Under the pieces are notes generated by a model. That model was not told where the DNA came from. It saw only the letters and a program-made list of their open reading frames with translations, and ran no database searches. DNA of 64,000 bases from the NCBI GenBank assembly GCA_003056145.1, contig LSNL01000003.1, forward strand, positions 73,993 through 137,992. The letters are read 5' to 3'. The stretch comes from Parcubacteria group bacterium M10-OD1-1. Lineage in GTDB: Bacteria > Patescibacteriota > Minisyncoccia > Moranbacterales > UBA2206. The position numbers and the translations under genes are program-made. Shown one piece after another: positions 19,850-31,917 of this stretch. Each line of letters starts with the position of its first letter. The stretch's first letter is position 1.

Positions 19850-20250
19850 TGAGCTTATCAGTCAGTCAATATACAAAAGCTTTATATCAAGTATCCGAGA
19901 ATAAATCTCCCAAAGAGATTGATTTTATAATTAATAATTTTTTAAAGATCTTACAGAAAAATAGACAAATGAAACTAGTTGAAAAAATCATCGCTGAGTT
20001 TAGTTTACTTTTTAATAAAAAAAATAAAATTATTGAAGCAGAAATAATTAGTCGAGATAAGCTAACTATAGAAACACAGAAAAAGATTGAAGAATTTTTA
20101 ATCAAAAAATACGAAATTGACAAAGTTATAACTAAAAATGTTATTAGTCAGAAGATTAAGGGAGGGATAATTATTAAAACTCAGAATGAAATGATAGATT
20201 TTTCTGTGGCTAATCAACTATTGAAATTAAAGAGAGCCTTAATTAAATAA
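19846..20250 (+). CDS. atpH: ATP synthase subunit delta (short)
   Basis: Position between atpF and atpA. Overlapping start. Confidence 0.6.
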   Translation: MMSLSVSQYTKALYQVSENKSPKEIDFIINNFLKILQKNRQMKLVEKIIAEFSLLFNKKNKIIEAEIISRDKLTIETQKKIEEFLIKKYEIDKVITKNVISQKIKGGIIIKTQNEMIDFSVANQLLKLKRALIK

Positions 20251-20279
20251 ATATATTAAAATAATTTAAATAAAAAATT

Positions 20280-21785
20280 ATGGATAAAGATTATATTGTT
20301 GAACAATTAAAACAACAATTAGAAAATTTTGAAGCGACTACTCAAACAGAGAAAATTGGAGTAGTAGTTGAAGTGGGTGATGGAGTAGCTAAACTTTCTG
20401 GTTTAACCGAAGCAATGTCTAGCGAAATGTTAGAATTTCCTGATGGCATTATTGGAGTAGTTTTAAATTTAGAGGATGGTCAAATTGGAGCAATGATTCT
20501 AGGTAACTATGAGAATATTAAGGAAGGTGATGTTGTAAAATCAACTGGTAAAATATTATCTATTCCAGTTGGAGAGGCAATGATGGGGAGAGTTATTAAT
20601 CCATTGGGACAGATTATTGATGGTAAGGGAGAAGTGGAGACAGAGAAATTTTATCCGTTAGAAAAAATTGCTCCAGGAGTGATTACTCGTCAATCAGTTG
20701 ATCAACCAGTTCAAACTGGAATTAAAGCAATTGATGCAATGATTCCAATTGGTAGAGGTCAACGAGAATTGATTATCGGAGATAGACAAACAGGTAAAAC
20801 AGCTATTGCTATTGATACAATTATCAATCAGAAGAGTCAAAATATGAAATGCATCTATGTCGCTATTGGACAAAAAGAATCAAAAATAGCTAGAATTGTA
20901 GCGGAACTAGAAAAGAAAGGAGCTATGGATTATACTACTATAGTAGTAGCTGGAGCTTCTGATCCAGCAGCTTTTTCATTTATTGCTCCTTATGCAGGCT
21001 GTGCTTTAGGGGAATATTTTATGGATCAAGGACAAGATGTTTTAATAATTTATGATGATTTAAGCAAACATGCTTGGGCTTATCGTCAAATTTCTTTAAT
21101 CTTAAAACGACCACCAGGGAGAGAGGCTTATCCAGGAGATGTTTTTTATTTGCATTCTAGACTATTAGAAAGAAGTGCTAGATTAGATAAAACTTTTGGA
21201 GGAGGTTCTATGACAGCTTTACCTATTATTGAAACTCAAGGAGGAGATGTTTCCGCTTATATTCCAACTAACGTAATTTCTATTACGGATGGTCAGATAT
21301 ATCTGGAGTCAGATTTATTTTATAAGGGTATTCGTCCAGCGTTAAATGTTGGTTTGTCGGTATCTCGGGTTGGTTCTGCAGCACAAACAAAAGCAATGAA
21401 AAAAGTTGCTGGAAAATTAAGATTAGATCTAGCTCAATTTAGAGAGCTAGAGGCCTTTGCTCAGTTTGGATCAGATTTAGATAAAAGTACTCGTAATCAA
21501 ATTGAAAGAGGCAGACGAACAGTAGAAGTATTAAAACAAAGTCAGTATTCTCCAATGTCTATGAAAGACCAGGTGACAATTTTATATGCCCTAACTAATG
21601 GTTTTATGGATGATGTGGCAGTAGAAGATTTGAAAAAATGGGAGGATGATTTTCACCAATACTTTAAATCAACTGCGAGTGAGGTTTTAGAATTAATTGA
21701 TAAAAGAAAAGAATTATCAGAAGAAATAGTAGAAAAATTAGAAAAAGCGATTAAAGAATTCAAGGAAGTTTATCAGAGTAATTAA
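20280..21785 (+). CDS. atpA: ATP synthase subunit alpha
   Basis: GDRQTGKT P-loop. Confidence 0.95.
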   Translation: MDKDYIVEQLKQQLENFEATTQTEKIGVVVEVGDGVAKLSGLTEAMSSEMLEFPDGIIGVVLNLEDGQIGAMILGNYENIKEGDVVKSTGKILSIPVGEAMMGRVINPLGQIIDGKGEVETEKFYPLEKIAPGVITRQSVDQPVQTGIKAIDAMIPIGRGQRELIIGDRQTGKTAIAIDTIINQKSQNMKCIYVAIGQKESKIARIVAELEKKGAMDYTTIVVAGASDPAAFSFIAPYAGCALGEYFMDQGQDVLIIYDDLSKHAWAYRQISLILKRPPGREAYPGDVFYLHSRLLERSARLDKTFGGGSMTALPIIETQGGDVSAYIPTNVISITDGQIYLESDLFYKGIRPALNVGLSVSRVGSAAQTKAMKKVAGKLRLDLAQFRELEAFAQFGSDLDKSTRNQIERGRRTVEVLKQSQYSPMSMKDQVTILYALTNGFMDDVAVEDLKKWEDDFHQYFKSTASEVLELIDKRKELSEEIVEKLEKAIKEFKEVYQSN

Positions 21786-21854
21786 TCAAAATTAAATTTT
21801 GGTTTTTAGAAAATAAAAAGTAATATTTAGAAGGTAAAAGAATTAAATAAATTT

Positions 21855-22811
21855 ATGGCTTCAGGAAAAGAAATTAAAAGAAGAATAAAATCAATTCATA
21901 ATACAGGGAAAATTACTCGGGCTATGGAAATGGTTTCTGCTGCTAAAATGCGAAAAGCTGTTAACAGTGTTCTGGCTATTCGTCCTTATGCTCATAGCGC
22001 GTGGAGTATTCTGACTAATCTCAGCCGTTCCTTTGAAAATTATACCGAAGGACTATTAGAAGTGCGTGAAGTAAAAAAAGTTTTAGCTGTCGTTATTACT
22101 TCTAATAAAGGTCTTTGTGGCTCATTTAATTCTCAAATGGTTAAAAAAATTAAGGAAGAATTACAAAATCCAGCTAAATTAAAAATCAATAGAATTGGAA
22201 AAAAGAAAATTATTTCTCAAGAAAAAGATCAAGATTTAAAAATTGATTTTATTTCAATCGGAAAAAAAGGAGGGAATATTGTTAGAAGATTAAGTAAAAA
22301 TATTATTGCTTCTTTTGATGAATTAACTTACCTACCAAAAGTTGATGATGTGCGTCCAGTCGGGAAGATAGTAATTGATGATTATTTAGCTAAAAAATAT
22401 GACAAGGTAGTTATTTTTTATACTAACTATGTCTCGGCTATCAAGCAAGAAACACGGATTCGTCAAATTTTGCCGATTTCTAAAATTGATTTAGAAAAAC
22501 AAATTGCGGAAATGGATGTATTAGCTAAAGAATATGGCTTAAATGAACCAGCAATAGAGTATAAAATTGAGCCAAGTCCAGAAGTTATTTTAAACGAAAT
22601 TTTTCCTAGAATTATTGAAATGCAAATCTATCATGCTATCTTAGAATCTAATGCTTCTAAGGAATCAGCAAGGATACTTGCAATGAATAGTGCGACTGAA
22701 GCAGCTAAAGAAATGGCAGATGACTTAACTTTTGCGTATAATCAAATTAGGCAAATGAAAATCACTCAAGAAATTGCTGAAATTTCTGCTGGTCGAGCGG
22801 CGTTGGAATAA
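21855..22811 (+). CDS. atpG: ATP synthase subunit gamma
   Basis: Operon position and conserved termini. Confidence 0.85.
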   Translation: MASGKEIKRRIKSIHNTGKITRAMEMVSAAKMRKAVNSVLAIRPYAHSAWSILTNLSRSFENYTEGLLEVREVKKVLAVVITSNKGLCGSFNSQMVKKIKEELQNPAKLKINRIGKKKIISQEKDQDLKIDFISIGKKGGNIVRRLSKNIIASFDELTYLPKVDDVRPVGKIVIDDYLAKKYDKVVIFYTNYVSAIKQETRIRQILPISKIDLEKQIAEMDVLAKEYGLNEPAIEYKIEPSPEVILNEIFPRIIEMQIYHAILESNASKESARILAMNSATEAAKEMADDLTFAYNQIRQMKITQEIAEISAGRAALE

Positions 22812-22906
22812 TTTAAAATAAGGTTTGTAAAATGAGAAATAAAATCAAAGAGATTTTAAAAATAGTTAAATAAAGTAAATTAAGCCATAAGAATTAAAAA
22901 TTTTAA

Positions 22907-24322
<1,416 letters not shown>

Positions 24323-24326
24323 TTTT

Positions 24327-24761
24327 ATGTCAGTGAAAAAAATAAAATTTAAAATTGTGACTCCAGAAAAAACTGTTTTTGAGGATAAAATTGAACAAGC
24401 TACTTTGCCAGTTATGGGAGGAGAAGTAACTATCTTACCTAACCATCGTTCTTATATTGCTGGTATTAAAGCTGGTGAAATCATTTTACGCAAAGGAGAG
24501 GAGGAAATTAGCTTGGCAGTTGCTGGTGGATTTTTAGAATTTGCTAATAATAAGTTAATAGTTTTAGCGGATAGTGCAGAACGAGCTGAACTAATTGATT
24601 TAAAAGAAGCTGAGGAAGCGAGGAAAAGAGCTGAAGAGTTAAAGAAAAAGAAAATTTCTATGGACGATGCTGAATATGCACGAACAGTTGCTTTAATTGA
24701 AAAAGAAATGGTAAGAGTAAAAGTGGCTAGAAAACAATATAGAAAAAGTCATTTGAAATAG
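24327..24761 (+). CDS. atpC: ATP synthase subunit epsilon
   Basis: Operon position. Beta-sandwich followed by a helical C-terminus. Confidence 0.8.
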   Translation: MSVKKIKFKIVTPEKTVFEDKIEQATLPVMGGEVTILPNHRSYIAGIKAGEIILRKGEEEISLAVAGGFLEFANNKLIVLADSAERAELIDLKEAEEARKRAEELKKKKISMDDAEYARTVALIEKEMVRVKVARKQYRKSHLK

Positions 24762-24781
24762 CTAAAAAATAATCTAAAAAT

Positions 24782-25630
24782 ATGAGTATTGAAAAAATGT
24801 CATTAAAAAATACTTCTGAGGAAAATAAGATAGCTGAAGAAGAAAAAAGGAAAAGAGTAGAAAATATTTGGCGAGGGGATAATGAAGGATATGAAGATTC
24901 GGTTATGGATTTAGCTAAAAAAGAAGATAAAAGAAGAATGATACTAAAAAATTTATCAGTTAAATTGTCTAAAGAAGAAATTGATATGTTGGCAGATAGT
25001 TTTTCAGATGAAGTTTTAAAGGCGATAGAGATTAATAAAGAAAAATTAAAGGATTCTTTAACAGGAATTTTTAACAGATCTTTTTTCCAAGAAAATATTC
25101 CTAAGATTCTAAATATTGAAAAAAGAGAAGGTGGAAATTGTGCTCTCCTTTTTATTGATTTCGATAATTTTAAGTCTATTAATGATAACTATGGACACCA
25201 AGCTGGTGACGAAGCTTTAAAACAAATAGTAAAAACTATTCAAGGAAAAATTAGAAAATCTGATTTTTTATTTCGTTGGGGAGGAGATGAATTTGCGATG
25301 TTTACTTCAGCTTTTAAAAAAACAGAAGATATATTAAAATTAGCAGAAAAAATAGTTCAAGCGGTAGCGGATACACCTATTAAAATTACTATTAATGGGA
25401 CAGAAAAGGAAATAGTTAGAACAATTAGTGTTGGTTGCGCTGTAACAAATCAAATATCAGAGTGGAAGAAAAATGAAAATGAATTTAAAGAAGAAGAAGT
25501 TCTGAAAAAATTAGAAGCTTTTGCTGATGCAGCAGTCTATAAATCTAAAAAAAATGGCAAGGGAAAAGTATCAATGTATGACGCTAATGATGAAGAAATT
25601 AAAGAAGGGTTAAATAAAGATCTAAATTAA
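24782..25630 (+). CDS. GGDEF-domain diguanylate cyclase
   Basis: RWGGDEFAMF active-site motif. No sensor domain. Confidence 0.8.
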   Translation: MSIEKMSLKNTSEENKIAEEEKRKRVENIWRGDNEGYEDSVMDLAKKEDKRRMILKNLSVKLSKEEIDMLADSFSDEVLKAIEINKEKLKDSLTGIFNRSFFQENIPKILNIEKREGGNCALLFIDFDNFKSINDNYGHQAGDEALKQIVKTIQGKIRKSDFLFRWGGDEFAMFTSAFKKTEDILKLAEKIVQAVADTPIKITINGTEKEIVRTISVGCAVTNQISEWKKNENEFKEEEVLKKLEAFADAAVYKSKKNGKGKVSMYDANDEEIKEGLNKDLN

Positions 25631-25636
25631 AATAAT

Positions 25637-26278
25637 ATGGAAAATAACTTAGAAAATAACTTAGAAAATCCAACTCTAAAATTAGCAGATGATAATTTTA
25701 AAAGTTGGAACGAAGCCTTAGAAAAAGGAGAAGCTAAAGAAGTAGCTAAAAAATATTTAGAAGAGGGAGAGCTTTTTGGAACGGTTTCAGCTAAAATTAG
25801 AAAAGGACAAAAAGAAATAGAAGGTTATTTCGACCATTTTTTAGAAATAGATCCTTCAGGTGAAGTTATAGAAAGAAAAACAATTAACATTTCTACAAAA
25901 GCTTTTTTAGACAGTGGTTTATATAATTTTCAAGTTACTAGAGATGGTAAAAAACAGACAATAGAAGCAATGTTTACTTATATTTGGCAGAAAGATGAAA
26001 ATGGAGAATGGAAGATTAAACATCATCATTCGGCAGTGAAAGATGAAAATAATGAAAAATTATCCAGCCAAAAAGAAGTCTTAGATTTAAGAAGTGATAA
26101 TATTAAATGGGGAACTGATAAAGAAATTAGTAAAGGAATATTTTTACGAACTGGATTTTTAAAACAAAATAATAATTTGACATCAAGATTTACTTATCTA
26201 GTCAAAAATAGCGATAATGAAGCTGAAGAAACAATTTATCAACAAATATCAGTGTGTCCAGAGGATCAAGGCGTGTAA
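25637..26278 (+). CDS. Hypothetical protein (possibly NTF2/SnoaL-like N-terminal half)
   Basis: ORF only. Weak fold-level resemblance. Confidence 0.3.
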   Translation: MENNLENNLENPTLKLADDNFKSWNEALEKGEAKEVAKKYLEEGELFGTVSAKIRKGQKEIEGYFDHFLEIDPSGEVIERKTINISTKAFLDSGLYNFQVTRDGKKQTIEAMFTYIWQKDENGEWKIKHHHSAVKDENNEKLSSQKEVLDLRSDNIKWGTDKEISKGIFLRTGFLKQNNNLTSRFTYLVKNSDNEAEETIYQQISVCPEDQGV

Positions 26279-26337
26279 TCTAGGTTTAATTTATTTGAAA
26301 AAAATAAAAAATATAGTAGAAATAATAAAAATTAATT

Positions 26338-29259
26338 ATGAAAGATTATAATTTTGGACAAATAGAAAGAAAATGGCAGGATAAATGGAGTAAAGATAGT
26401 TTGTATCAAACGCAAGACTCCGAAGATAAACCGAAATATTACATTTTAGATATGTTTCCTTATCCATCAGGAGCAGGGCTTCATGTTGGGCATCCTAAGG
26501 GTTATATTGCAACAGATATTGTAGCTAGGATGAAAATGTTGCAAGGTTATAATGTGCTTCATCCAATGGGATGGGACGCTTTTGGTTTGCCGGCAGAAAA
26601 TTTTGCGATTAAAAATAAAGTTCATCCACGAGAAATGAATGAGCGAAATATAGCTACCTTTAAAAGTCAATTAGAAAAAATAGGATTTAGTTACGATTGG
26701 AATAGAGAAATAAATACTACAGATCCAGAATTTTATAAGTGGACACAGTGGATATTTTTACAAATGTTTAAAAAAGGATTAGCTTATGAATCTTACGAGC
26801 CGATAAATTGGTGTCCTTCTTGCCAGACTGGTTTAGCTAATGAGGATTTAGAAGATGGGCGATGTGAAAGATGTGATAGTGAAATTGAACAAAAGCCAAT
26901 GCGACAATGGGTTTTAAAAATTACAGACTACGCTGAAAGAATGTTAAATGATCTAGAGAAATTACCAGAATGGGACAATTCAATTAAAGAAATGCAAAAA
27001 AATTGGATAGGAAAATCAGAAGGAGCTTTGGTGAAATTTGAAGTAAGAATTTCGAATTTTGATTCAAATTCTAATGATTTAATTTCAGAGAATAAAAATT
27101 TAAAATTAAATATTGAGGTGTTTACTACAAGGATTGATACAATTTTTTCGGCGGCTTTTGTGGTGGTAGCACCAGAACATCGATTAATTGAGAAATTAAA
27201 AGAGCAAATTGAAAATTATGATGAAGTTATTGATTATGTAAAAAAAGCGAAAAATAAAACTGACTTACAGAGAACAGATTTAGAGAAAGATAAGACTGGT
27301 GTAGAATTAAAAGGAATTAAAGCTATAAATCCAGCTAATAACAAAGAAATTCCTGTTTGGATTGCTGATTTCGTATTAGGATATTATGGAACAGGAGCTG
27401 TTTTTGCTGATGCTCACGATGAACGAGATTTTGAGTTTGCAAAAAAATATAATATTCCTTTAACTGAATCGATTGCGCCGTTATTTACAGGAACATGCAA
27501 TGATAAACCAAGAAAAGATAAAAAAACTGTTAAAAGAAGAAATATTGAAGCTATTATCAAACATTGGGAAAAAGATGAATATTTTTGTTTAAATTGGAAA
27601 TTCAATAATTGGAAATCTTTTATTATAGGTGGTATTGAAAAAGATGAAAGCATAGAAGATGCTGCAATCAGAGAAATCAAGGAGGAATCTGGTTATCAAA
27701 ATATGAAAGTTATTAAAAATATTGGTTATGAGATGCATAGCGAATTTTTTGCACCACATAAAGATATAAATAGGTATGCTCAGAGAAATTGTGTGTATAT
27801 TGAATTATTAGATGGTGAATATAAAAAACCTAGATTAGAAGATATTAAAAATCATAATGGAAGTTGGATTAAAAAAGAAGAAGTTGATAAATTTTTGACT
27901 ATTAAAGAATCAAAAATATCTTGGGATATTTTACAAAATGGCGAAAAACCCTTTACGAAAAAAGGTATATTGATAAATTCGGAACAATTCAATGGAATGA
28001 CTTCGGATGAAGCAATGCCAAAAATTATTGAATGGTTGAGGAAAAAAGGCTTGGCGGAAAAAGAGGTTAATTATAAATTGAAAGACTGGGTATTTTCTCG
28101 ACAAAGATATTGGGGTGAACCGATTCCAATTATTCATTGTGAAAAATGTGGAGTAGTTCCCGTACCAGAAAAAGATTTGCCAGTTGTTTTACCAGAAGTT
28201 GAAAGTTATGAACCAACTGGAACAGGGGAGTCGCCTTTGGCTAATATTAAAGATTGGGTGAATACTAAATGTCCAAAATGCGACGGTAAAGCTAAACGAG
28301 AAACTAACACTATGCCACAATGGGCGGGATCAAGCTGGTATTATTTACGATATATTGATCCGCATAATGACAAGGCTCTAGTAGATAAAGACAAAGAAAA
28401 ATATTGGTCACCAGTTGATTTTTATGTGGGTGGAGCAGAGCATGCTACGAGGCATTTAATTTATGCGCGTTTTTGGCATAAATTTCTATTTGATATTGGT
28501 ATGGTTAATTATGAAGAACCGTTTATTAAATTACAACATGTCGGCTTGATTATGGCTGAGGATGGACGAAAAATGAGTAAGCGTTGGGGAAATGTAATCA
28601 ATCCAGATGATATTGTGGAAGAGTTCGGTGCTGATGCTATGCGAGTTTATGAAATGTTTATGGGTCCATTTGCTCAAAGTTGTGATTGGAGCACGAAAGG
28701 ATTAATTGGTGCTAAAAGATTTCTTGAAAAAGTCTGGCGATTGTTTCAAGAAAAAGAATTGATTAGTTGTGAGGGCAAATGCGCTGAGATATCAAAAACA
28801 ATTCCTCCTTTATTTCATAAAACAATTAAAAAAGTCGGCGAAGATATTGAAAGTATGAATTTTAATACAGCCATTTCACAAATGATGATTTTTGTAAACG
28901 AGTGTTCTTGCCATAAGCTTTTACCGAAATCGGCAATGGAAAATTTTTTAATATTGCTATCGCCGTTTGCTCCCCATATTGCAGAAGAAATTTGGACTAA
29001 TTTAGGACACGAAAAATCTATTTTTTTAGAAAAATGGCCAGAATTTAATCCTAATATGATTAAAAATAAAATAATTGAAATGGTAATTCAAGTTAATGGA
29101 AAAGTACGGGATAAAATTCAAGTGTCAGCAGATATTTCCGAAACTGAAATTAAAAAGAAAGCTTTAGCTAGTGAGAAAATACAAAAGTATATTAGTAATC
29201 AAGAAATTAAAAAAGTTATTTTTGTCCCAGGAAAAATATTTAATTTAGTAGTAGAATAA
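26338..29259 (+). CDS. leuS: Leucine--tRNA ligase, CP1-editing-domain-less, with an inserted Nudix-box domain
   Basis: HVGH (HIGH variant), KMSKRWGN (KMSKS variant). Only about 70 aa between TTRIDT and YGTGAV. The insert at about 27470-27960 contains GGIEKDESIEDAAIREIKEESGY. Confidence 0.9.
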   Translation: MKDYNFGQIERKWQDKWSKDSLYQTQDSEDKPKYYILDMFPYPSGAGLHVGHPKGYIATDIVARMKMLQGYNVLHPMGWDAFGLPAENFAIKNKVHPREMNERNIATFKSQLEKIGFSYDWNREINTTDPEFYKWTQWIFLQMFKKGLAYESYEPINWCPSCQTGLANEDLEDGRCERCDSEIEQKPMRQWVLKITDYAERMLNDLEKLPEWDNSIKEMQKNWIGKSEGALVKFEVRISNFDSNSNDLISENKNLKLNIEVFTTRIDTIFSAAFVVVAPEHRLIEKLKEQIENYDEVIDYVKKAKNKTDLQRTDLEKDKTGVELKGIKAINPANNKEIPVWIADFVLGYYGTGAVFADAHDERDFEFAKKYNIPLTESIAPLFTGTCNDKPRKDKKTVKRRNIEAIIKHWEKDEYFCLNWKFNNWKSFIIGGIEKDESIEDAAIREIKEESGYQNMKVIKNIGYEMHSEFFAPHKDINRYAQRNCVYIELLDGEYKKPRLEDIKNHNGSWIKKEEVDKFLTIKESKISWDILQNGEKPFTKKGILINSEQFNGMTSDEAMPKIIEWLRKKGLAEKEVNYKLKDWVFSRQRYWGEPIPIIHCEKCGVVPVPEKDLPVVLPEVESYEPTGTGESPLANIKDWVNTKCPKCDGKAKRETNTMPQWAGSSWYYLRYIDPHNDKALVDKDKEKYWSPVDFYVGGAEHATRHLIYARFWHKFLFDIGMVNYEEPFIKLQHVGLIMAEDGRKMSKRWGNVINPDDIVEEFGADAMRVYEMFMGPFAQSCDWSTKGLIGAKRFLEKVWRLFQEKELISCEGKCAEISKTIPPLFHKTIKKVGEDIESMNFNTAISQMMIFVNECSCHKLLPKSAMENFLILLSPFAPHIAEEIWTNLGHEKSIFLEKWPEFNPNMIKNKIIEMVIQVNGKVRDKIQVSADISETEIKKKALASEKIQKYISNQEIKKVIFVPGKIFNLVVE

Positions 29260-29327
29260 TTTTTATTAAAAATAAAAATTGTAAGTTAGTGGGTCTACAA
29301 GTATAATTATTTAATCACTTACAATTT

Positions 29328-30008
29328 ATGCAAGTAGTTATATTAGCTGCTGGACGAGGAAAACGAATGAAAAACCTTACTCGTGCTACCGCTAAATCAA
29401 TGCTAAAAATAAAGGGCAAGCCGATTCTAGCTCATAAAATTGATGCCTTGCCTAAAAGTATAAAAGAAATAATTTTTGTTGTTGGTTATCATAGTATGCA
29501 TATAATTTCTTATTTTAAGAGATATTATCAAGGAAGAAGAATTATTTATGTTTTTCAAACTAATTTGAATGGTACTGGCGGAGCCTTGCATTTAACTAAA
29601 AGTATTTTGAAGAATAAATTTTTAGTAATGATGGGTGATGATTTATATTGTCGAAAGAATATTTCTCAGATGATTAAATTAGATTTAGCTATTTTGGGAC
29701 ATCAAGTAGAGGAGGTAAGCCAGTTTGGAATTATTAAAACTAATCGTCAGGGATATATGATTGATGTAATTGAAAAGCCAAAAAAATCTAAATGTAAACT
29801 TGCTAATACAGGAATGTATCTTTTAAATAAAAAGTTTTTTGATTATGAATTAGTGTCTATTAGTAAAGGTAATTTTGGTTTGCCTCAAACTTTAGCTAAA
29901 ATGGCTAAAAAACATAAAATAAAAGTTGTAGAAGCTAACAATTGGTTGCCGATTGAAGAAGTAAAAGATTTAGAAAAAGCCAAAAAATATTTGACAAAAT
30001 TTTTATAA
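29328..30008 (+). CDS. Sugar-phosphate nucleotidyltransferase (NTP_transferase family)
   Basis: MQVVILAAGRGKRM N-terminal G-rich loop. Confidence 0.7.
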   Translation: MQVVILAAGRGKRMKNLTRATAKSMLKIKGKPILAHKIDALPKSIKEIIFVVGYHSMHIISYFKRYYQGRRIIYVFQTNLNGTGGALHLTKSILKNKFLVMMGDDLYCRKNISQMIKLDLAILGHQVEEVSQFGIIKTNRQGYMIDVIEKPKKSKCKLANTGMYLLNKKFFDYELVSISKGNFGLPQTLAKMAKKHKIKVVEANNWLPIEEVKDLEKAKKYLTKFL

Positions 30009-30149
30009 AAGCTATTTCTTGTGCGAGAGGTTGTCTCTAGTAAAAAAAGAAAGGTTTTTGGATATTTAGCTTAAAGATAGCTTTAAAGAATATTTTTTAA
30101 AACTTAAGTTTATTCCTCGTAGGTTATATTTTTTTAAAAGAATTTTCAG

Positions 30150-30205
30150 GGTAGCCTTTTTTATAAAACAAAAAAGGCTACCAATCAAAGATTTGACTGG
30201 TAGCC
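30150..30205 (-). terminator. Two hairpins sharing the ggtagcc/ggctacc arm: an 11-13 bp stem, then an 8 bp stem followed by a U-tract on the minus strand
   Basis: ggtagcctttt...aaaaggctacc and ggctacca...tggtagcc. Acts as a minus-strand intrinsic terminator and likely also stops plus-strand transcription. Confidence 0.45.
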
Positions 30206-30210
30206 TAACA

Positions 30211-30378
30211 TTATATTTTGAGTGATAACATAAGCACAATCAATGTGCCAATGACCACCCTTCCCCAAAGAGGAAGATAATCTTCCTCTTCTCTCCAAAC
30301 TTCCTTTAGTGGGCGAATTCTCTTATAGATTTTTTGATAACGAGGGAAATAACCCTCGCTATATTTACTGATGAGCAT
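30211..30378 (-). CDS. Small protein (55 aa) with a C-terminal TM helix, not in the ORF track
   Basis: Very strong SD (GGAGGAGGAG) 5 nt upstream of the ATG. Terminator downstream. Locally GC-richer. Confidence 0.35.
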   Translation of the reverse strand: MLISKYSEGYFPRYQKIYKRIRPLKEVWREEEDYLPLWGRVVIGTLIVLMLSLKI

Positions 30379-30521
30379 TGTTTCTCCTCCTCCTCCGTTG
30401 GATTTTAAAAAACTATAATAAACAAGTATAACTTAAATAACAATATTTGTCAATAGCCCTGAATTAAAAGTTAATTACTAATAGAAAGATCATAACTGAG
30501 AAATTTAATTAAAAGTGAAAA

Positions 30522-31793
30522 TTAATGTTTATGTTTCTTGTGTCGACTGGTCTTGTTGAGGATAGGAGTGGAACCAGGATGAGGGTATTTGCTAGGAGAA
30601 GCGTAATTACTATTAAAAATGTCTTCTCGGATTAGCTTTTTATTTCTATCAAAAACTTCTTGTGTAAAAGTAGTCTTTAGGGAGCCGTCTGGCTTTTTTT
30701 CAATCACCGTAGGTCCAATTATTTTAACTTTTCTACCATCGTTAGTTCCATAAAAATCAAAAATTAATTCTGTTCTTTTAACTTTTACTTCTATTAAAAT
30801 ATAACCAGGTGTATTATTAATAAATTTTAAATCAGGACGAGGTATGTAAACAGTGGCGTCCATCCCTTGAGGATTGTAGTAACTAACTGGATAAGCATGA
30901 TTTTTCCTAGCGGTTATTTCTAGGCCAGAATTTATGGCCGCCCTAAAAGCGGTTGTAGATAATTGGCAAATTCCTCCTCCAAAATCTGGTTCAGTTTTAT
31001 TTTTTTTAATGACTAACTCAGGTAGATATCCGTGATCGGCATCTACTGCTCCTAAAGTTTTAATAAAAGAAAATTCTTCCTTCGGTTTTATTAAAACTCC
31101 ATTAAATCTTTTATTAGCTACTTTAATATTATAGACTCTATTGTGAGGAGAGCCAATAAAATTTGAACGACCCTCTCCGATTAAACTGGTAATACCTAAA
31201 TTATTGACTGAACTAGTAGCTATAACAGGAGGAATTTCCCTAAAAGGAAGAATGACTGGATTGGTATAGTTTAGTTTTTTAAGATAGTTGACAATAGTCG
31301 CAATACTATTATTTTCTTCTAACTGTAAACCAGAGGCACTTAAAGTGAAAACAATCACCTTGCCATTATCTATTTTTAATTTAGCATTTTCTGGATCTTT
31401 ATTGGCTTTTCTGGCAATATCTTTAACCGAACTACCAATAGCTTGAGGATTAACAGTCAAGGCGAAGGTTCTTTTTAGATGATTAGATTTTTTATTTGAA
31501 AAAGTTAATTGGCAAATGAAAGACTTTTTATAGATACAATAATTAGTATTTTCAATTTCCGAAGTGTAGTGAGGAGTATAAGTTAATTGACTATTTTCTT
31601 TCAACCAATGACTAATCTCTAATTTAGGCAACGAGTAGGTATTTTTATTGACTGTTAAATTTATTTCTGATGGAAGTTGATTTAAAAAAAAGGTTTTAGA
31701 AAAATTTCCTAAAATAACATTTTGAGCTTGAGCAATAGAATTGCTAGCTAAAAATAAAGTTAGAATTATAAATAAATAAATAGTAAATTTCAT
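30522..31793 (-). CDS. VanW-domain secreted protein
   Basis: Signal peptide. GGGICQLSTTAFRAA matches the VanW G-G-G-x-C-Q-x-S-T-T motif. Confidence 0.75.
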   Translation of the reverse strand: MKFTIYLFIILTLFLASNSIAQAQNVILGNFSKTFFLNQLPSEINLTVNKNTYSLPKLEISHWLKENSQLTYTPHYTSEIENTNYCIYKKSFICQLTFSNKKSNHLKRTFALTVNPQAIGSSVKDIARKANKDPENAKLKIDNGKVIVFTLSASGLQLEENNSIATIVNYLKKLNYTNPVILPFREIPPVIATSSVNNLGITSLIGEGRSNFIGSPHNRVYNIKVANKRFNGVLIKPKEEFSFIKTLGAVDADHGYLPELVIKKNKTEPDFGGGICQLSTTAFRAAINSGLEITARKNHAYPVSYYNPQGMDATVYIPRPDLKFINNTPGYILIEVKVKRTELIFDFYGTNDGRKVKIIGPTVIEKKPDGSLKTTFTQEVFDRNKKLIREDIFNSNYASPSKYPHPGSTPILNKTSRHKKHKH

Positions 31794-31917
31794 AATTTAA
31801 GAATATATTAAAAAATGAAGGAAATCAAATTTAAATTTAGCTCTAAGAGCTATAATAAAACACAGAATAACTGTGTTTTATTAAAATTTTTTCAATAAAT
31901 TGGAAATTATTAGCTAG

